IMG/VR virus record: IMGVR_UViG_3300032327_000822
Location: 1-28,390 of that record
Length of the DNA: 28,390 nt
Strand: one strand, 5' to 3'
Source of the DNA: a virus
Lineage: Duplodnaviria; Caudoviricetes
How positions within the stretch are numbered: position 1 is the first letter of the stretch; each line of letters begins with the position of its first letter. The translations under genes were made by a program, and so were the position numbers. Shown piece after piece: positions 10,200-18,835 of this stretch. The notes below the pieces were generated by a model, which saw only the letters and a list, made by a program, of their open reading frames with translations, did no database searches and had not been told where the DNA came from.

Positions 10200-11510
10200 T
10201 TAATCAATTTTATTTAATTTTGGTAATTCTATTTTTTTCAATTTAGGAAGCTGTAGAGTTACTGGCTTTGGATAATCTTTTACTAAATCTTGTATTTTTT
10301 CTTTCATTTTATCAAATGAAAATTTATCCTTACTTAAAAAAGCTTGTCTTTTTGCTTTATCTAGAAAGCTATTATACTTTTCATACATTTGTATTAGTAT
10401 TATTCTAGCTTGATTATAATCACATGTAAACCAAGAAGATTCTGGAACTAACATTTTTTCTACTACAGCAGATGGGTGGATTTTTTTCAGCTCGCCATTA
10501 ACGAAAGATACAAATTCTGTACTTAAAAAATCCATATGCCCAGACCAGCCTGAAGCGATTATTGGTTTTTTTGATAATGAAAATTCTAATAAAGGTCTAC
10601 CAAAACCTTCTCCTTTAGTTAAAGATATCATTGCTTTAACTTTTGGATGATTATATAGATTATTCATATCTACATCATTTAAATCTCCATGAAGTAAATA
10701 AATATTAGGTAAATCTTTAGAGTTTACTGAATCTTTAATTTTAGATATTTTTTCTAATATCTCATCTCTATCCATAATAGAAGATGCTGCGTGAGATGTT
10801 TTAATTATTAGTCCCGGTTTATTTTTTTTATCTTTAAATGTTTCTAAAAATAATTTTAATGTAGCAGGAATATTTTTTCTATCTTCTCCAATATCTCCTT
10901 TAATCCAATGGCCTACTATTAGAAAATTAAACTCTTCTTTTATTTCATCTAAAGATAAAACTAATTCAGTATCTTCTAAATCTGCATCTTCAATAAATTT
11001 ATATTTATTTAAATCTGCTCCTTCAAATAATACTTTTACAGGTTTTTCTAATTTTATTTGTCTTATTACTTGTTGGTTTTGGTTTCTTTCTTCAAAAGAA
11101 GAAGATTCAAATACAGATTTTGCGTGATTTGATGATACGTAAGTTTCATTCATTCTATTAATACCATCAATCCAAGAAGGATCACATATAGTAGTTTCAA
11201 TACCTGCTGTAATTCCAACATTCATTAATTTACCTACAGGTTGAAATTCATTTGGTACAGTTATTTGATACCAATAATCAGGTTGTCTTGTTAATTGATT
11301 ATTAGGAATTAACATATTTTTTAAAAATTCCCAATCATTAATATGATCTTCTATATATCCCCAAGGAGTATTACCCCATCTTTGAGCTAATACTTGAATA
11401 TCCCACTCATCTTTTTTTAATTCATATAGAGCTTTTACAAAATCTCTACTTCTACTTGAATAACCACTATAACAATCAATAGGGCATGATATAACACAAT
11501 ATGGTCTCAT
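10200..11510 (-). CDS. GT-B fold glycosyltransferase (GT4-like)
   Basis: SGYSSRSRD N-terminal motif, DRKN, KGEGFGRPLLE (ExFGxxxxE), SGWSGHMDF. Confidence 0.85.
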   Translation of the reverse strand: MRPYCVISCPIDCYSGYSSRSRDFVKALYELKKDEWDIQVLAQRWGNTPWGYIEDHINDWEFLKNMLIPNNQLTRQPDYWYQITVPNEFQPVGKLMNVGITAGIETTICDPSWIDGINRMNETYVSSNHAKSVFESSSFEERNQNQQVIRQIKLEKPVKVLFEGADLNKYKFIEDADLEDTELVLSLDEIKEEFNFLIVGHWIKGDIGEDRKNIPATLKLFLETFKDKKNKPGLIIKTSHAASSIMDRDEILEKISKIKDSVNSKDLPNIYLLHGDLNDVDMNNLYNHPKVKAMISLTKGEGFGRPLLEFSLSKKPIIASGWSGHMDFLSTEFVSFVNGELKKIHPSAVVEKMLVPESSWFTCDYNQARIILIQMYEKYNSFLDKAKRQAFLSKDKFSFDKMKEKIQDLVKDYPKPVTLQLPKLKKIELPKLNKID

Positions 11511-11519
11511 AACAATATT

Positions 11520-12965
11520 TTAATATACTAATTTATGTAATAATTTTTTTCTTGGTGTTTTTTCAGTTTTTATTAACTCAAAAGATTTTCTTTTTGTAAA
11601 TTTATCAAAAGCTTCTGATGTCTGTTCTATAAAACTAGAACACATCATTTCTGCATTCATTTTAGATTCTTTTGACATTACCCAATCTCTTCCTAATAAT
11701 CCGTTATTAGTTCTTTCTGTAGAATTCATATTATACACTTCTTCTATTGCTTTTGCAACATCTCTAAAGTCTGCTCTATCATCAAAAATATATGGAGTAG
11801 GTATTGATCCAACTAAACTCATATTTGATGGAAATACAGGAATTGCCCATTTGCCATGTTTTTTATAAGTGCCAAAATGATTAGAAGGAATATTTTCAGA
11901 TGGAGTAAACCAATTTTCATTTTCATCTTCAAAACGCATTTGATCTTGCATACCTCCAGTAACATTTGCTATAATCATTTTTCCGGCCATCATTGATTCT
12001 GTCAAACTCAATCCCCAACCTTCATTAGAACTTATTAAAGCAGTTACATCTGATATATTATATAGTAAATTCATACCTTCTGGAGATAGTCCTCTATCGG
12101 TAAAATATACTTTTTGATATTCTGGATCACATAATAATTCTACTACTGCATCTAAATTTGTGCCATTTTCATCTTGTCTTTGAGTATGCATCAATAATGC
12201 ACATTTTTTAGCTTTTTCTTTTCCTATAGAATCACAAAATAAAGAATAAGCAGCAATTAAATCTGATGTAGACTTTCTTCTAATATTTCTTGAATTATAA
12301 AATACTACAAATTCAGGTCTTTCTTTTTTAAAGATAGAATCTTTCATTTCTTCTAACTTAGAAGATTCTTCTTTCATAAATTCATTAATTGGAAAAAATT
12401 GTTTTGCATTTATTCCATGAGGCAAATATGTAATTACTTTATCTTTTGCTTTATCTCCTAATACTAATTTAGGAATAAGCTTACTTTGCTTAGAAATAGA
12501 CATTAAAAGATCGCAAGATTCATAAAATGATTTATTGTATATTGGGGCTGGAAAATTATCCCATATTTGTAAGTAGAAAATAGGAATTTTTTTACGAATT
12601 TCATTTTCCATTTGAAATATATGTACAAAATATCTAGGATCGGTAAATAACATTAGCGCATCTGGATTTTCCATTGCTATTAATTGTCTTAATATTTCTG
12701 GATCTCCATAACCATTATAAGGATAAATGAATACAGATGCATCATCTATTCCAGAAATATTTCCTGTATCTTTACTTATATCTAATTTTTTACCCATATC
12801 AGGATGGTTTATTGCACCACCTAGATTGATCCAATTATAATGTCCTACAGTACCTATTACTAATTCTCTTGCCATAGTAGATATACCACTATTCATTCTT
12901 ATATCATCAGATATTAGTAATATTTTTTTTCTTTTATCTTTTGGAATATAACTTTTATTTTCCAT
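11520..12965 (-). CDS. GT-B fold glycosyltransferase (GT4-like)
   Basis: SGISTMAR, SRNIRRK, LLYNISD, SNEGWGLSLTESM, TGGMQDQ. Confidence 0.85.
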   Translation of the reverse strand: MENKSYIPKDKRKKILLISDDIRMNSGISTMARELVIGTVGHYNWINLGGAINHPDMGKKLDISKDTGNISGIDDASVFIYPYNGYGDPEILRQLIAMENPDALMLFTDPRYFVHIFQMENEIRKKIPIFYLQIWDNFPAPIYNKSFYESCDLLMSISKQSKLIPKLVLGDKAKDKVITYLPHGINAKQFFPINEFMKEESSKLEEMKDSIFKKERPEFVVFYNSRNIRRKSTSDLIAAYSLFCDSIGKEKAKKCALLMHTQRQDENGTNLDAVVELLCDPEYQKVYFTDRGLSPEGMNLLYNISDVTALISSNEGWGLSLTESMMAGKMIIANVTGGMQDQMRFEDENENWFTPSENIPSNHFGTYKKHGKWAIPVFPSNMSLVGSIPTPYIFDDRADFRDVAKAIEEVYNMNSTERTNNGLLGRDWVMSKESKMNAEMMCSSFIEQTSEAFDKFTKRKSFELIKTEKTPRKKLLHKLVY

Positions 12966-12970
12966 AAACT

Positions 12971-13189
12971 TTACTTTGTTATTGCATTAATTAATTCACT
13001 TCCAGTATAATTTGTATTAAAAGTCTGATGTATTTTATATCTATAATCTGTGTCTGTTAGATAAAGATACATAGACCTTTCTACTAGATCTTGAAAGTTT
13101 AATTTTGTTTTAACTGCCATTACTCTAAAATCACTATAGGCATCTTCATATACCTTTATAGTTGTCGTCATTCTTTTTTTATTCTCCAT
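12971..13189 (-). CDS. Ribbon-helix-helix-like small DNA-binding protein
   Basis: Alternating beta strand TTIKV followed by two predicted helices (EDAYSDFRVMAV; FQDLVERSMYLYL). It is the first gene of the GT operon. Confidence 0.55.
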   Translation of the reverse strand: MENKKRMTTTIKVYEDAYSDFRVMAVKTKLNFQDLVERSMYLYLTDTDYRYKIHQTFNTNYTGSELINAITK

Positions 13190-13204
13190 AATATAATTTA
13201 TATA

Positions 13205-13214
13205 TATAAATATA
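13205..13214 (-). promoter_or_regulatory. TATATTTATA putative phage promoter box
   Basis: 15 nt upstream of the ATG at 13189; the same motif occurs in other intergenic gaps. Confidence 0.5.
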
Positions 13215-13254
13215 CCTAAATTAAGTAGGATGCGTGTTTAATAAAAAATATTTA

Positions 13255-14163
13255 TTAATTTTTTTTATCGCAAAGATCAGCTCTTTTATTGTATGGACAG
13301 TACTTACATGAATTATTATTTTTTAAATACTTTTTTTCCATATTATATTTTGCATCAGGAGTAAAACACTCTTTAATAAAAGACTCTAGACTATTAAAAG
13401 CTTCTTGTACTTTTTTCTTACCATTAGCAGGAATAAATTCTTGCACTCTTGGAATAGGAAATTCAGAGTCTTCATATATTTTCCTTTTAATTATAAAAAA
13501 TTGCACATCTATTCTTTCTTCAGGTATGTTTAATATTTTTGAATAAAATCTTTTATATAATAAAACTTGGTTTATTTTAGTCTGATCTTTTTTTTCTTTA
13601 TCAGTCCAACCTCTTGTACTTGTTTTTATATCAAAAATTGTATATGTATCTGTATTAGTATTGTGTAATACAAAGTCTATAAATCCTTTCATAAAAACAT
13701 TAGGAGAATAATCAGATACAGGAATTAATATTGGAATTTCTATTCCTACTAAACTAGAAGTTTTTCTTGAAAAAAATTTATTTCTATTTTTTTTAAACCA
13801 ATCTAAAGATTTTTTACCATCTTCTATAAATTCTTTAATATCTTCTTTTGTAGAAAAATGAATATTATTATTATCTTTTAAACTAGATTTATAATTTTCT
13901 ATCATTCTATCTTCAAAAAAAGTATTTAAATCCATCCTATCAGCCGCAGCACCAGACTCCTTATACATTTTTTCTAAATATGATTGTATTGCTTCATGTA
14001 AAGAAGTTCCATATATTAAAAAAATATTAGGATTAAATATTTTATTATCTAGCGCATAGGATAAATACCATTGATATTGGCATTGATTATATAAAGAATA
14101 TTGAGAATAGCTAATAGACTTTTGAAAAGTCTTATCAATTTCTATTTGTTTTTTTTCCACCAA
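13255..14163 (-). CDS. PD-(D/E)XK nuclease, Cas4/RecB/AddB-like, probable Fe-S cluster
   Basis: SYSQ...C, GTSLHE, GFID, DIKT, Q...Y and C-terminal CKYC...C (one plus three Cys arrangement). Confidence 0.85.
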   Translation of the reverse strand: MVEKKQIEIDKTFQKSISYSQYSLYNQCQYQWYLSYALDNKIFNPNIFLIYGTSLHEAIQSYLEKMYKESGAAADRMDLNTFFEDRMIENYKSSLKDNNNIHFSTKEDIKEFIEDGKKSLDWFKKNRNKFFSRKTSSLVGIEIPILIPVSDYSPNVFMKGFIDFVLHNTNTDTYTIFDIKTSTRGWTDKEKKDQTKINQVLLYKRFYSKILNIPEERIDVQFFIIKRKIYEDSEFPIPRVQEFIPANGKKKVQEAFNSLESFIKECFTPDAKYNMEKKYLKNNNSCKYCPYNKRADLCDKKN

Positions 14164-14404
14164 TAACTTGTTTTATTTTTTGTAAATATAATATTAGATC
14201 CATTGCCTCTTCTATGGAATGATCTATCCACTCTTCTAAAGATAAATCCTCTCTATCTAAATCTGTATTATATTTTAACTTGCCTACTCTAGATCTATCA
14301 ATAAACTTATCTATTGTAGCATCAACAATACTATCAGTTTTTAAAATTTGCCTAGTATTATTACTACTATGCTCAATAATTGTAATTTCATTTTCGATTC
14401 CCAT
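14135..14404 (-). CDS. All-alpha NTP pyrophosphatase-like (MazG superfamily) small protein
   Basis: GKLKY...REDL...WIDHSIEEAMDLILY acidic helix pattern (EExxD). Confidence 0.5.
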   Translation of the reverse strand: MGIENEITIIEHSSNNTRQILKTDSIVDATIDKFIDRSRVGKLKYNTDLDREDLSLEEWIDHSIEEAMDLILYLQKIKQVIGGKKTNRN

Positions 14405-14409
14405 ATTTT

Positions 14410-14634
14410 TTAAATTTGAGAATTTGCATCTTTTGGTAAAAATAATTCATTCACATTACCGCATTTTGCACAAGCAAAAGCTGAAATAGGAATTAGTGCG
14501 TCTTGAGGAGTTCCTGTAATAAATTTTGAAGCTTTTCTAATAAATAAAACTTCTTTAAATGTATCATTTTCACAAGCTTCACATATTACTGGGACTGTCT
14601 TATCTAATGTAATATTAATATTCTGTTGTTGCAT
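14410..14634 (-). CDS. Small zinc-ribbon protein
   Basis: CEAC...CAKC. Confidence 0.65.
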   Translation of the reverse strand: MQQQNINITLDKTVPVICEACENDTFKEVLFIRKASKFITGTPQDALIPISAFACAKCGNVNELFLPKDANSQI

Positions 14635-14647
14635 ATACTTTTATTTT

Positions 14648-14866
14648 TTAATAACTAATTTCTTCTAATTCAGTAAAAAACTCTTCCATAAATACTCCAG
14701 TGTCTTCAAATCTTTCTCTAAGAAAACTTGTATATCCTTCAGGAGGATCTACTTCAAATAATAATAAATTTCCTTTTATAGTAACTTCTGCTACTGTATA
14801 TGTTTCATTTTCTTTAAGACAAACACCATCTCCTTTTATACATAAAACAACTGATCCTAATTCCAT
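14648..14866 (-). CDS. Hypothetical small protein
   Basis: 72 aa beta-rich ORF in operon context. Confidence 0.6.
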   Translation of the reverse strand: MELGSVVLCIKGDGVCLKENETYTVAEVTIKGNLLLFEVDPPEGYTSFLRERFEDTGVFMEEFFTELEEISY

Positions 14867-14877
14867 AAACTTTTATT

Positions 14878-15120
14878 TTATTCTTGATTTTTATTTTTAA
14901 TACTAAATTTGTCTGCAGTATCTGCCGATAAGCAGGTTATTATTATAAATGATATTGAGTTAATTAACTCATTAGGAAAAGGATTACTACAACCTTTAAT
15001 TACGCATCTTATTAAAGCAAAAAATAAAAAACAGCTTCCTAAAAATGCTAATACTGGTTTAATAGATATTGATTTCCTTTCATCTCTAAAAAGATCTACA
15101 ATAAAATCAGATAATTTCAT
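14878..15120 (-). CDS. Small membrane protein with two predicted TM helices (holin-like, unproven)
   Basis: Hydrophobic stretches VLAFLGSCFLFFALI and LINSISFIIITCLSA; charged C-terminus. Confidence 0.55.
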   Translation of the reverse strand: MKLSDFIVDLFRDERKSISIKPVLAFLGSCFLFFALIRCVIKGCSNPFPNELINSISFIIITCLSADTADKFSIKNKNQE

Positions 15121-15155
15121 GGGTTATTATTTTTTAGTTTTCACAACCCATTTAT

Positions 15156-15165
15156 TATAAATATT
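15156..15165 (-). promoter_or_regulatory. AATATTTATA putative phage promoter box
   Basis: Variant of the recurrent intergenic motif, upstream of the ATG at 15120. Confidence 0.4.
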
Positions 15166-15170
15166 ATTAT

Positions 15171-15815
15171 TTATAGTAGATCAAAATGTCTTGGATAAAT
15201 ATGTAAATTTGTTATGAAAAAATTCATAGTTCCTAATTCCATATTTAATTCACTAGATACTAATTCCATTAATTTAGCAAATTGATATTGATCATTACAA
15301 AATCCAAAAACTAAATCAATAGATCTTGCAAATATACTTAAATATAATTTATCATTTTTACAATAAAAATTAAGTGCTATATTACAAGGAGTATCATATT
15401 TATATCTATCTAATTCATTAATATCATATTGAATTATTACAGCTCTTCTTGAATTTTTATTTTTTGATAGTTCTTCTATAGCCTTACTTAATTGATTATC
15501 TTTATTCCAGAAATATCCATAATTACTATTTACTTCTGTTGTGTTTGGAATCATCATATCATTCCAGATCTTTGCTTTTTTAGCAATTTCACTAGCATCT
15601 CTATTTCCTGATAAATACCAATTCCATTCAAACTCTGCGTATTCTGTATTAAATTTACGTTTAGGAGTTGTAATTATTTTATCACTAGGATTTTCTATAG
15701 TAAATGATACATCAAATAACGCTTTTGTTTTATCAAAAATCTCTCCATTATTACTAATATAATGAAATAAATATTCAAAAGCACTAGTAGCATTCTTATA
15801 TATATTTTTATTCAT
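15171..15815 (-). CDS. dCMP hydroxymethylase-like (thymidylate synthase superfamily, T4 gp42-type)
   Basis: VNSNYG, SRRA, catalytic Cys144 (TPC), RSIDLVFGFCND with Asp175 at the pyrimidine-specificity position (Asn in TS, Asp179 in T4 gp42), LHIYPRHF. Confidence 0.8.
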   Translation of the reverse strand: MNKNIYKNATSAFEYLFHYISNNGEIFDKTKALFDVSFTIENPSDKIITTPKRKFNTEYAEFEWNWYLSGNRDASEIAKKAKIWNDMMIPNTTEVNSNYGYFWNKDNQLSKAIEELSKNKNSRRAVIIQYDINELDRYKYDTPCNIALNFYCKNDKLYLSIFARSIDLVFGFCNDQYQFAKLMELVSSELNMELGTMNFFITNLHIYPRHFDLL

Positions 15816-16305
15816 ATTTTTCTACTTCTAAAAAATTTTTTAATAAATTAAGACCGTGTATATCATTATACTCTTCTAAATAAACAATTCTTTTGATTCC
15901 AGCTTGTAAAATAAGTTTTGAACAATCAATACAAGGAGATAGTGTAGAATACATAGTTGCTCCATTAGTAGAAAATCCAAATTTTGCAGCTTTTAAAAGA
16001 GCATTTGATTCTGCATGTAATACTATATCTTTAGTTTTTAAATAATATCTTCCATCACTTGCTTGTAATGGCCATTGCATTTCAATAGTTTCTATATCTA
16101 ACCAAGCTCCTGCTTCTGGGTCCATATACTTTTTATCTTCACAACAATTATCTAACCCAGAAGGGGTACCATTGTACCCCATTGAGATAATATTATGATT
16201 ATGCACTATTACACAACCTACTTTTGCTCTTACGCAATAAGATAATTTAGATACTTCTTTTGCTATATTTAAAAATACTTTATCTAATTGTTTTTGTTCT
16301 GCCAT
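15808..16305 (-). CDS. dCMP deaminase
   Basis: KVGCVI, GYNGTP, HAESNA and SPCIDC zinc-deaminase motifs. Confidence 0.92.
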   Translation of the reverse strand: MAEQKQLDKVFLNIAKEVSKLSYCVRAKVGCVIVHNHNIISMGYNGTPSGLDNCCEDKKYMDPEAGAWLDIETIEMQWPLQASDGRYYLKTKDIVLHAESNALLKAAKFGFSTNGATMYSTLSPCIDCSKLILQAGIKRIVYLEEYNDIHGLNLLKNFLEVEKYE

Positions 16306-16608
16306 TTAATCTTGTTTTACAAAAGTCCCCCCAATCATTTGCCCTTTTCTATTTGCTATTTCTGAATAAGCTGAATTAATACAATCTTCAATATTATAAC
16401 CTTTTAATTTAGCTAGATTAGTAAGTACTACTACACAATCACCAATTGCATCAATAAATTCTACATCATTAGATTTTAATATTGCCCTAGCTAATTCTCC
16501 AGCTTCTTCAATTAGTTTAGCATATTGTGTTTTTGGATCTCCTTTTTCATAAATCCCTCTTTCTTGTGCCCAATCTCTAATACTCTGAAACTCTGTTGTT
16601 AAATTCAT
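16306..16608 (-). CDS. MazG-like nucleotide pyrophosphohydrolase
   Basis: KLIEEAGEL...DAIGD, AYSEIANRKG. Confidence 0.85.
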   Translation of the reverse strand: MNLTTEFQSIRDWAQERGIYEKGDPKTQYAKLIEEAGELARAILKSNDVEFIDAIGDCVVVLTNLAKLKGYNIEDCINSAYSEIANRKGQMIGGTFVKQD

Positions 16609-16619
16609 ATTTGTTGTTT

Positions 16620-17165
16620 TTATTTTTCTTTATAAATCATAAATCCATTAAAATTAGGAGCAAGTTCAAAATCTTTTAATTTCCAATTTCCTGGTAAATT
16701 TGCCATAGATTTTACTACTATAGTTTTGTATAATTTATCTTTTTGTGGATCGGTTCTAGCAAGTATTTTTTTTTCATCTTTATTTGCAGCAACAAAAACT
16801 AATCCGTCAATACTAGCATCATTTTTTATATTATTTATTACAATGTCAGATACAGTTTTTAATATTTTTATTAACTCTTTAAAGTTAGTTTTTTTATATT
16901 GAGACTCATTTCCATTTATATTGTATCCAACATTTTTAATATTTTCTAAATTTAAATCATCTACTTTAAGTAATTTATACCCATAGTCATTTTTTTTAAT
17001 ATCAGAAATATTAACTATACATTTTAAACCGATTTCAGTTTTAAATTCTGTAAAATCTTTAGTTATTTTTTTATTTGGATATACTTCTATATTTTCTAAA
17101 TCGCCAAGCTCACTTACTATTCTCATTAGCTGGCCTTTCATTTCTAACAGTGTTATTTTTTTCAT
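16620..17165 (-). CDS. Hypothetical phage protein
   Basis: 181 aa ORF overlapping the upstream gene by 56 bp, so the start is uncertain. Confidence 0.65.
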   Translation of the reverse strand: MKKITLLEMKGQLMRIVSELGDLENIEVYPNKKITKDFTEFKTEIGLKCIVNISDIKKNDYGYKLLKVDDLNLENIKNVGYNINGNESQYKKTNFKELIKILKTVSDIVINNIKNDASIDGLVFVAANKDEKKILARTDPQKDKLYKTIVVKSMANLPGNWKLKDFELAPNFNGFMIYKEK

Positions 17166-17418
17166 TTATATAATTATTAAGTGCTCCTAAATAACTTACG
17201 GCGTCTAACAAATTATCTTCTTTATAACTATATGAATGTCTTGATAGTTTTAATGCAACTAATGCAGCGTACATATCATTTGCAGTCATATCTTTTCCAG
17301 TCATACCTTTCATAATCATTGCTGCCCTTTCCATTCCTTCAGAAAATGGACCATAAGATCTTTCTTTTTCTTCTGATCTTAAATTTACAATTTCATTTGC
17401 TTTTTCTAATATGTTCAT
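17110..17418 (-). CDS. DUF6378-like / dNTP diphosphohydrolase-like all-alpha protein
   Basis: ILEKANEIV...RSYG...ALKLSR...DNLLDAVSY pattern typical of this phage family. Confidence 0.6.
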   Translation of the reverse strand: MNILEKANEIVNLRSEEKERSYGPFSEGMERAAMIMKGMTGKDMTANDMYAALVALKLSRHSYSYKEDNLLDAVSYLGALNNYINEKNNTVRNERPANENSK

Positions 17419-17422
17419 AACA

Positions 17423-17430
17423 CAAATATA
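17423..17430 (-). promoter_or_regulatory. Bacteroidota-type -7 promoter box TATATTTG
   Basis: Matches TAnnTTTG; 4 nt upstream of the ATG at 17418. Confidence 0.6.
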
Positions 17431-17471
17431 ATAATATTAATTTAAATATTTAAATATATCTTTTTTGTCTA

Positions 17472-17942
17472 TTAATCTTTTTTCCAAATATTTACTTCAA
17501 TTCCATGATCATCTTGTATATAATGTTTAAAACCCATATCAGAAAAATTCTTTAAATATAAATCATATAATTTATTTCTAACATCTCCTTCTGCAGTATA
17601 TTCAAGTTCTTCTATATTAAACTTATTTACATAATACTTTATTAATCCAAAAATAGCTGCTAATATTCTAGGAGAGTGTGATAAATTTACTAAATCATCC
17701 ATATTAGAATCATAAAAATTTTCATTAGTACTTCCAAATGCTACAATATGTCTATCATTATTTGTTATTTTTATTATTAATAACTTATAATAGTATTTTT
17801 CATTTTTTTTATTCGTATAAGTTAAATGTACTACAAATCTTTTAAAATTTTGTTCTACTATTTTATATGTTATATTTTTAGATTCTAATTCTTCAGGTGA
17901 ATAAATACCTCCTATTTCATTTACTATTTTTAATAGTTTCAT
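17472..17942 (-). CDS. Hypothetical phage protein
   Basis: 156 aa ORF; N-terminus MKLLKIVNE; C-terminal RNKLY motif. Confidence 0.7.
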   Translation of the reverse strand: MKLLKIVNEIGGIYSPEELESKNITYKIVEQNFKRFVVHLTYTNKKNEKYYYKLLIIKITNNDRHIVAFGSTNENFYDSNMDDLVNLSHSPRILAAIFGLIKYYVNKFNIEELEYTAEGDVRNKLYDLYLKNFSDMGFKHYIQDDHGIEVNIWKKD

Positions 17943-17952
17943 TTTTTATTTA

Positions 17953-18834
17953 TTATAAGTATTTAAATATATCTTTCTTGTCACCCCAATCTCTTTGAGA
18001 ATCTATATCACTAGGTTTTATTGTAGGCTTTGGCATATTTGCAGCTACATTCCAAAACCAATCTCCTTCTTGCCCATATTTTTTCATATATTCCCAGCCT
18101 TTTGCATCATAAGTTTTAATACAATCAAATGGAGTTTCAATATCAGCAGGCTTTAAAAATTCTTTATGGTAACTATAAAATTTAGCTCTACCTAATTCTC
18201 CATATTGGACATTTCTAGCAACTGCTACTGCATTAAATTCAGTAGTTGGTAGCGCTATTTGTAATGTTCTAGATAATACTCCAGTAGAAAATACACTCCA
18301 CATAGTATCAATATTAGTATCTTTAAAACTATCATAAAAAATTCTTACCCCTCCAGCAACTACTTGTTCATGCTTTAATCCAAATGGTAAATATTTTCCA
18401 TTTATTTTTTTTGCAAAGTCTTTAGCCCAAGCATTTATAGTTGGCATTGCGGGTGTTTTTAAAAATATTGGATGAGCACCATCTTCTATAACTCTTAGCT
18501 GGTGTTCTGATGCTTCTTTTGAAGCTGGCATAAATAATACTAACTTTTTATTATATTTTTTAGCAAGATATGATAAAGAATACGGTGCATATCCTGTACG
18601 AGGGGCTACATAAATTAATGTATCTTCTTTTACTCGGCTAATCATAAAATCAGCCATTTTTGCTTTAGATCCATATTGAAACTCTCCATCATCTATTACT
18701 TTAAATCCTTCTATATTTTTTGTAGTAAAAGTAAAATCATGCTTATAATCTTTAGTCATATCAAGATAATATTGTAAATCTCTATTATCTGATGTATCTA
18801 AATTAGATTGGTCTGTTGCTTTATTAATATACAT
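17953..18834 (-). CDS. PLP-dependent fold-type II enzyme (cysteine synthase/ACC deaminase-like; DNA-hypermodification type)
   Basis: VIDDG...GSKAK (PLP Lys), TGYA, LPFG, STGVL phosphate loop, YDAKGW, FWNVA. Confidence 0.72.
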   Translation of the reverse strand: MYINKATDQSNLDTSDNRDLQYYLDMTKDYKHDFTFTTKNIEGFKVIDDGEFQYGSKAKMADFMISRVKEDTLIYVAPRTGYAPYSLSYLAKKYNKKLVLFMPASKEASEHQLRVIEDGAHPIFLKTPAMPTINAWAKDFAKKINGKYLPFGLKHEQVVAGGVRIFYDSFKDTNIDTMWSVFSTGVLSRTLQIALPTTEFNAVAVARNVQYGELGRAKFYSYHKEFLKPADIETPFDCIKTYDAKGWEYMKKYGQEGDWFWNVAANMPKPTIKPSDIDSQRDWGDKKDIFKYL

Positions 18835-18835
18835 A

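Noticed and set aside
13255-14163. Cas4-like gene as a sign of CRISPR-Cas
   Set aside because: No repeat-spacer array or other cas genes are visible; solo Cas4-like nucleases are common in phages.
15119-15151. 7-bp inverted repeat atgggtt/aacccat and a 5-codon uORF upstream of the 80 aa membrane gene
   Set aside because: Short stem with a long AT-rich loop; could easily be chance.
15171-15815. Annotation as canonical thymidylate synthase (thyA)
   Set aside because: Asp rather than Asn at the specificity position and gp42-like motifs favour a dCMP-modifying enzyme.
17440-17455. 16-bp palindrome atttaaatatttaaat
   Set aside because: It is purely A/T in a very AT-rich gap, and I saw no second copy.
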